Positions 59,476 to 64,000 of a DNA stretch of 64,000 bases are shown here, one piece after another. The DNA comes from Burkholderiaceae bacterium (GTDB lineage Bacteria; Pseudomonadota; Gammaproteobacteria; Burkholderiales; Burkholderiaceae_B): the NCBI GenBank assembly GCA_036725985.1, contig DAIMDD010000006.1, forward strand, positions 107,227 to 171,226. Direction: 5' to 3'. Within the stretch, counting starts at the first letter, position 1, and the number at the start of each line of letters is the position of its first letter. The translations under genes and the position numbers were made by a program. Under the pieces are notes generated by a model that was not told the DNA's origin, ran no database searches, and worked only from the letters and a program-made list of their open reading frames with translations.

Positions 59476-59550
59476 GGTTACGGATGATCCCGGTACAAAT
59501 CATGCATAAAAATATTACGAATTCCCTGGTCAATGAGGAGACCCCAGTCC

Positions 59551-61530
59551 ATGTCTAATTCAATCGAGTCCGTTCTGATCGAGACGCGTGTTTTTCCGCC
59601 TCCACAGGATTTTGTCAAACAAGCAAACGTTTCCGGCCAGGCTGCTTATCAGGCGCTGCTTGATGAGTCTGATCGCGATCCGGATGGTTTTTGGGGGCGT
59701 CACGCGCGCGAGCATCTGAACTGGAGCAAGCCTTTTACTCAGGTGCTGGACGAGTCTAAAGCACCTTTCTACAAATGGTTCGGTGACGGTGAGCTCAATG
59801 TCAGTGAAAACTGCCTGGATGTGAACTTGAAAAATGGTAATGCGAATAAAGTCGCGATTATTTTTGAAGCTGATGGCGGAGAAGTCAGGAAAGTCACTTA
59901 CCAGCAGCTCTATGAGCTGGTGTGCAAGTTCGCCAATGGTTTGAAATCACTTGGTTATAAATCTGGCGATCGCTCGGTGATTTATTTGCCGATGTCGATC
60001 GAAGCTGTCGTTGCGATGCAGGCTTGCGCCCGTCTTGGTATTACCCACTCAGTGGTATTTGGCGGGTTTTCTGCCAAGAGCTTGCATGAGCGTATTACTG
60101 ACGTCGGAGCCAGTCTGGTCATCACCGCTGACGAGCAAATGCGTGGTGGTAAGGCGATTGCCTTGAAACCTGCGGTTGACGAGGCCTTTGCGATGGGTGG
60201 CTGCGACGCAGTGCGCCATTGTGTGGTCTACAAGCGCACGGGCGGTAAGGTCGCCTGGGATTCAAAACGCGATCTTTGGATGCATGAGCTGGCGGATAAC
60301 CAATCCGCCGAGTGCGCACCTGTACCCGTCAACGCCGAGCATCCTCTTTTTATTCTGTATACGTCCGGTTCGACTGGAAAGCCCAAGGGTGTGCAGCACT
60401 CTTCAGGTGGTTATTTGCTGTGGGCCAAGCTCACCATGCAATGGGTATTCGACGCCAAAGCAAACGATATTTTCTGGTGCACGGCCGATGTTGGCTGGGT
60501 CACGGGTCATACCTACATCACCTACGGTCCCCTGGCTGCTGGTCTGACACAAATCGTATTCGAAGGCGTCCCGACCTATCCCGATGCTGGTCGTTTCTGG
60601 AAAATGATTCAGGATCACAAGGTCACGATTTTCTATACGGCGCCAACAGCTATCCGTTCGCTGATTAAAGCCTCGGACGCCAATGACGCACACCATCCAA
60701 AATCTTTTGATCTGACGAGTCTCAGACTGTTGGGCTCGGTGGGCGAGCCGATCAATCCGGATGCCTGGATGTGGTATCACAACAATGTCGGGGGTGGTCG
60801 TTGCCCGATTGTGGATACCTGGTGGCAAACCGAGACAGGTGGTCACATGATCACCCCCTTGCCTGGTGCGACACCTTTGAAACCTGGTTCATGCACAACC
60901 CGTCTGCCAGGCATTACCGCCGCGATCGTTGATGAAACGGGTGGTGATGTTGAGGCAGGTCATGGCGGTTTTCTGGTGATCAAGCGCCCCTGGCCTTCGA
61001 TGATCCGTAATATCTGGGGTGATCCGGATCGTTATGTGTCGAGCTATTTTCCTTCTGAGCTTGGTGGCTATTATCTTGCGGGTGATGGAGCGCAGTGCGA
61101 CAAAGATGGCTGCTTCTGGATTATGGGTCGCATCGACGATGTGTTGAATGTCTCGGGTCATCGTCTTGGCACCATGGAGGTCGAGTCTGCACTCGTCTCT
61201 CATGAACTGGTGGCCGAGGCTGCTGTCGTGGGTCGTCCGGATGCAACGACAGGTGAGGCGGTTGTCGCGTTTGTCGTGCTAAAACGCACACGCCCCGAGG
61301 GTGATGAGGCGATTGCGATTGGTAAACAATTGCGTGACTGGGTTGCCAAGGAAATCGGCCCGATTGCCAAACCTAAAGAAATCCGTTTTGGTGACAACTT
61401 ACCCAAGACACGTTCGGGCAAGATTATGCGTCGTTTGTTGCGCGTGGTCGCCAAGGGCGAAAAAATTACACAGGATGTCTCGACGCTTGAAAATCCCGCG
61501 ATTCTGGACCAATTGTCCTCACCTGTTTAA
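59551..61530 (+). CDS. acs: Acetyl-CoA synthetase
   Basis: [19 protein letters not shown] and [11 protein letters not shown]. About 660 aa. GAGGAG Shine-Dalgarno before the ATG at 59551. Confidence 0.95.
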   Translation: MSNSIESVLIETRVFPPPQDFVKQANVSGQAAYQALLDESDRDPDGFWGRHAREHLNWSKPFTQVLDESKAPFYKWFGDGELNVSENCLDVNLKNGNANKVAIIFEADGGEVRKVTYQQLYELVCKFANGLKSLGYKSGDRSVIYLPMSIEAVVAMQACARLGITHSVVFGGFSAKSLHERITDVGASLVITADEQMRGGKAIALKPAVDEAFAMGGCDAVRHCVVYKRTGGKVAWDSKRDLWMHELADNQSAECAPVPVNAEHPLFILYTSGSTGKPKGVQHSSGGYLLWAKLTMQWVFDAKANDIFWCTADVGWVTGHTYITYGPLAAGLTQIVFEGVPTYPDAGRFWKMIQDHKVTIFYTAPTAIRSLIKASDANDAHHPKSFDLTSLRLLGSVGEPINPDAWMWYHNNVGGGRCPIVDTWWQTETGGHMITPLPGATPLKPGSCTTRLPGITAAIVDETGGDVEAGHGGFLVIKRPWPSMIRNIWGDPDRYVSSYFPSELGGYYLAGDGAQCDKDGCFWIMGRIDDVLNVSGHRLGTMEVESALVSHELVAEAAVVGRPDATTGEAVVAFVVLKRTRPEGDEAIAIGKQLRDWVAKEIGPIAKPKEIRFGDNLPKTRSGKIMRRLLRVVAKGEKITQDVSTLENPAILDQLSSPV

Positions 61531-61569
61531 TCAGACTGTATTACCGCTTTACCGATGAGTGAGTATTTC

Positions 61570-61600
61570 GGGGATCTGGCTTCAGATCCCCGTTTTTTTT
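61570..61600 (+). terminator. Rho-independent terminator after acs
   Basis: GGGGATCT-ggcttc-AGATCCCC followed by g and eight T residues. Confidence 0.9.
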
Positions 61601-61715
61601 ACTGAGGTCGAAAATGTTGAACGATCTCAAGTTATAACCAGAAAAAAGTTGCTTAATTTCATAGTTTGATTAAACATACGCTCAGGGCAGGTCCTCATTT
61701 AAATAAGGAATAAAA

Positions 61716-62537
61716 ATGCTTAGAGAAAAACGCTCTATCTTAAAGTCACTCGTTGTCTTGGCCGGCGCGTCATTATTTTTATCTGGTGCAGCCTTCGCTC
61801 AGGTTGATACCCTGGCAAGCATTAAGCAAAAAGGCAAGATTGTTGTTGGGGTTAAAGCCGATTACAAACCCTTTGGCTACACAGATCCTGCTGGCAAGAT
61901 CGTGGGTTTTGAAATCGATATGGCCAATGAGATTGCGAAGCGTCTGGGAGTGCAGATTGAGTTGATCCCTGTCGTTGCGGCGAATCGTATGGAGTTTGTA
62001 AAACAGGGCCGCACTGATCTGATGATCGCGACGATGTCCTACAAGCCAGATCGCGCAGAGGTTCTCGCCATCCCTGAGCCTTTTTATTATGCAAGTGCTG
62101 CTGCAGTACTGAACAAGAAAAATGCCGGTTTTAAAGAATGGTCGGACTTAAAGGGTAAGCCGATTTGCGGTATTCAAGGCGCTTACTACAACCGTCGTAC
62201 AGGCGATGAATTCGGCGCCAAGCTGGTGGTCTTTAAAGGCGCCGTCGAGGCGCTCGCTGCCCTGGAAGCAGGCAATTGTGTCGGCCTGGTGTTTGACTCG
62301 ACCTTTTTTGCTGGTATCGCGGCTGATCCAAAATGGGCAGACTATGCCATTACCCTTCCATTGATTGATCCAGAACCCTGGGGTATGGGGTTGCGCAAGG
62401 AAGACACCAAGTTTGCAGCCTATATCAGCGATACGATTAAAGAGTGGCACAAGACAGGCTTTATTCTCGGCTTGGAGAAAAAGTGGGGTATTTCACCATC
62501 ACCATACCTCGCTGAACAAAACGCTAAATTTAAATAA
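61716..62537 (+). CDS. Polar amino-acid ABC transporter substrate-binding protein (family 3)
   Basis: Signal peptide ending AFAQ and family-3 SBP motifs (GVKADYKPFGY, GFEIDMA). Confidence 0.9.
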   Translation: MLREKRSILKSLVVLAGASLFLSGAAFAQVDTLASIKQKGKIVVGVKADYKPFGYTDPAGKIVGFEIDMANEIAKRLGVQIELIPVVAANRMEFVKQGRTDLMIATMSYKPDRAEVLAIPEPFYYASAAAVLNKKNAGFKEWSDLKGKPICGIQGAYYNRRTGDEFGAKLVVFKGAVEALAALEAGNCVGLVFDSTFFAGIAADPKWADYAITLPLIDPEPWGMGLRKEDTKFAAYISDTIKEWHKTGFILGLEKKWGISPSPYLAEQNAKFK

Positions 62538-62563
62538 GTCTGAGCCGGGTCGAGAGTCGTTTT

Positions 62564-63295
62564 ATGGATAGTATTTCGGCCTGGTTCAAGTGGCTACATC
62601 AAGCGAGCGGGATCAAGCTGACGATTTTTTATGACAGCTATGACCGCTCGCGTTTTATTGAAGGCCTGAGTACGACACTTGAACTGTCTGCGATTGTTCT
62701 TGTGCTGAGTATGTTTTTCGGAGCGGTCGTGGCCTGGCTGGCTGGCTCACGCTTGTCGTGGGTCAGACGAGTCACCAGCAGTTATGTCCAAGTATTTAGA
62801 AATACCCCGCCGCTTGTACAAATGTATTTTTTCTATTTTGCTGTCGGACCTTTGATGCCCAAAATAGGTGGGGCACCGTTGATTGGTTCAATGGGTTGGG
62901 CGATTATTGCGCTCACGCTACTTGAGGCGGCATTCACCGCAGAGATTTTCAGAGCAGGGGTAGAGGCAGTGCCTAAAGCGATGATCGAAGCCGCTCAGGC
63001 ACTTGGCTACTCCAGAGCTCAGATTTTTCGTCAGGTGATTTTCCCTCTGGCCTTGCGGGTCACGATGCCCGCCTTAAATAACAACATGGTTAATCTGGTT
63101 AAAACGACCACGCTCGGGTATGCCATCGCGGTACCTGAGTTGCTCTACATGTCTGGGCAAATCTGGTCTGAACAAACCAATGTCACCGAGATGATGTTCG
63201 TGCTGTTAGTCACCTACATCACGATTGTCGGGGTGATTAACCAACTCATGCAGTGGCTTGAAAAACGCATGCATATTCCGGGGTTTGGGCAATGA
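62564..63295 (+). CDS. Polar amino-acid ABC transporter permease
   Basis: His/Glu/Gln/Arg-type permease with the EAA-loop region (EAAQALGYSRAQIFRQVIFPLA). Confidence 0.9.
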   Translation: MDSISAWFKWLHQASGIKLTIFYDSYDRSRFIEGLSTTLELSAIVLVLSMFFGAVVAWLAGSRLSWVRRVTSSYVQVFRNTPPLVQMYFFYFAVGPLMPKIGGAPLIGSMGWAIIALTLLEAAFTAEIFRAGVEAVPKAMIEAAQALGYSRAQIFRQVIFPLALRVTMPALNNNMVNLVKTTTLGYAIAVPELLYMSGQIWSEQTNVTEMMFVLLVTYITIVGVINQLMQWLEKRMHIPGFGQ

Positions 63296-64000
63296 GTCAA
63301 AACCAATCCAAGCGCTTCGCGGTCATGCTGCCTGTACGTCTTTCTCGCGATAGTCAGTCGTTTGATCGTTCGAGCGGTGCTAGTTTGTTCGCGGGCAAAA
63401 CCGGTTTGTTCCTGCTTTGCCTGTTTGCCGGTTCACTTGCTATGGCTCAGGTTCAGGCGGTTGGTGCCAAACTTTCCGTGATGGATCTCCTTATTAAATG
63501 GACACCACTACTCGCGCAAGGTTTCGTATTCAATCTGGCAATCAGCTTTATGGCCATGGCAATTGGCACGCTCTCGGGAGTGATGCTCGGGCTTGCGCGC
63601 ATTTCGCTGCTGGCGCCGGTGCGGGCTGGTTCGTGGTTTGTCGTTCAGTTTTTTCGCAATGCGCCTTGGCTAGTATTGCTGTTTTTCGTTATGTTTCTAA
63701 TGCCTTTTGAAATTCATATCGGACCATACGTCGTACCATTTCCTGACTGGATCAAGTCCACGCTCGGCCTGGCGTTGCCGATCATGGCCAATATCGCGGA
63801 AATCGTTCGAGGCGCAGTCCAGTCCATTCCTACTGCGCAATGGGAGGCGGCGCGGTCTCTCGCTTTTTCGCGACGGCAGATTTTGTGGCAAATCATTTTG
63901 CCCCAATGCGTCAAGCGCATGTTACCGGCCTGGATGAACTGGTACGCTATTCTGACCATGGCGACAACGCTTGCGTCGATTGTTGGTGTGTCCGAGGTCA
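63292..64000 (+). CDS. Second polar amino-acid ABC transporter permease, 3'-truncated by the window edge
   Basis: This ORF is absent from the supplied track because it is still open at 64000. I translated it by hand from the ATG at 63292, which overlaps the upstream stop (ATGA). It contains FFRNAPWLVLLFF and the EAA loop (WEAARSLAFSRRQILWQIILPQ). Confidence 0.85.
   Translation, partial: MSQNQSKRFAVMLPVRLSRDSQSFDRSSGASLFAGKTGLFLLCLFAGSLAMAQVQAVGAKLSVMDLLIKWTPLLAQGFVFNLAISFMAMAIGTLSGVMLGLARISLLAPVRAGSWFVVQFFRNAPWLVLLFFVMFLMPFEIHIGPYVVPFPDWIKSTLGLALPIMANIAEIVRGAVQSIPTAQWEAARSLAFSRRQILWQIILPQCVKRMLPAWMNWYAILTMATTLASIVGVSEV

Noticed and set aside
1-64000. I looked for rRNA, tRNA and tmRNA genes, CRISPR arrays, IS elements, transposases, integrases, phage genes and recognisable defence or toxin-antitoxin modules.
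   Set aside because: No intergenic gap is large enough or shows cloverleaf-like or repeat-spacer structure. Apart from the hypothetical ORFs already flagged (12460-12894 and 40719-42095), every long ORF is accounted for by a housekeeping, transport or metabolic family. I did this by eye only, without a covariance-model search.

Overview
This window looks like a chromosomal segment of a betaproteobacterium. The gene order is Burkholderiales-like; I cannot assign family or genus from the sequence alone. I called 64 CDSs, one of them partial.

- **About 0.1-21.7 kb, conserved housekeeping block:** rluC and a HAD phosphatase; msrPQ; amiD, an rsmI-like gene and maf on the minus strand; yceD-rpmF-plsX-fabH-fabD-fabG-acpP-fabF; a small membrane ORF followed by rpoE-rseA-rseB-degP; then lepA-lepB-rnc-era-recO.
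- **About 21.7-50.5 kb, accessory-looking metabolic region with no mobility genes:**
  - a ClC channel that looks lower in GC by eye;
  - six orphan Bug/TctC-type solute receptors;
  - an operon of acyl-CoA ligase, GntR, acyl-CoA dehydrogenase, ThDP decarboxylase-like enzyme and Zn-ADH, divergent from a Bug-SDR-Bug-DMT-DUF1653 operon;
  - a fatty-acid desaturase and a Nudix-MBL fusion protein;
  - a 458-aa protein I cannot assign to any family, facing a LivKHMGF-type ABC importer;
  - an Asp/Glu-racemase-superfamily protein that seems to lack both catalytic cysteines;
  - an alpha/beta hydrolase with an enoyl-CoA hydratase.
- **About 50.5-64 kb:** a BI-1/YccA protein, holC-pepA, a CysB-like regulator, a DUF2325 gene with a Fur-box-like upstream region, an NlpC/P60 lipoprotein, prpE-glcG-MFS-acs, and a polar amino-acid ABC transporter that runs off the 3' end.

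I found no rRNA, tRNA, CRISPR array, IS element, integrase or phage genes.

The best candidates for something undescribed are the 458-aa orphan with its ABC importer and cysteine-less racemase-like neighbour, the Nudix-MBL fusion, the mixed CoA/ThDP catabolic divergon, and the small ORF translationally coupled to rpoE. All functional calls rest on motifs read by eye and on remembered family knowledge. No searches were run.
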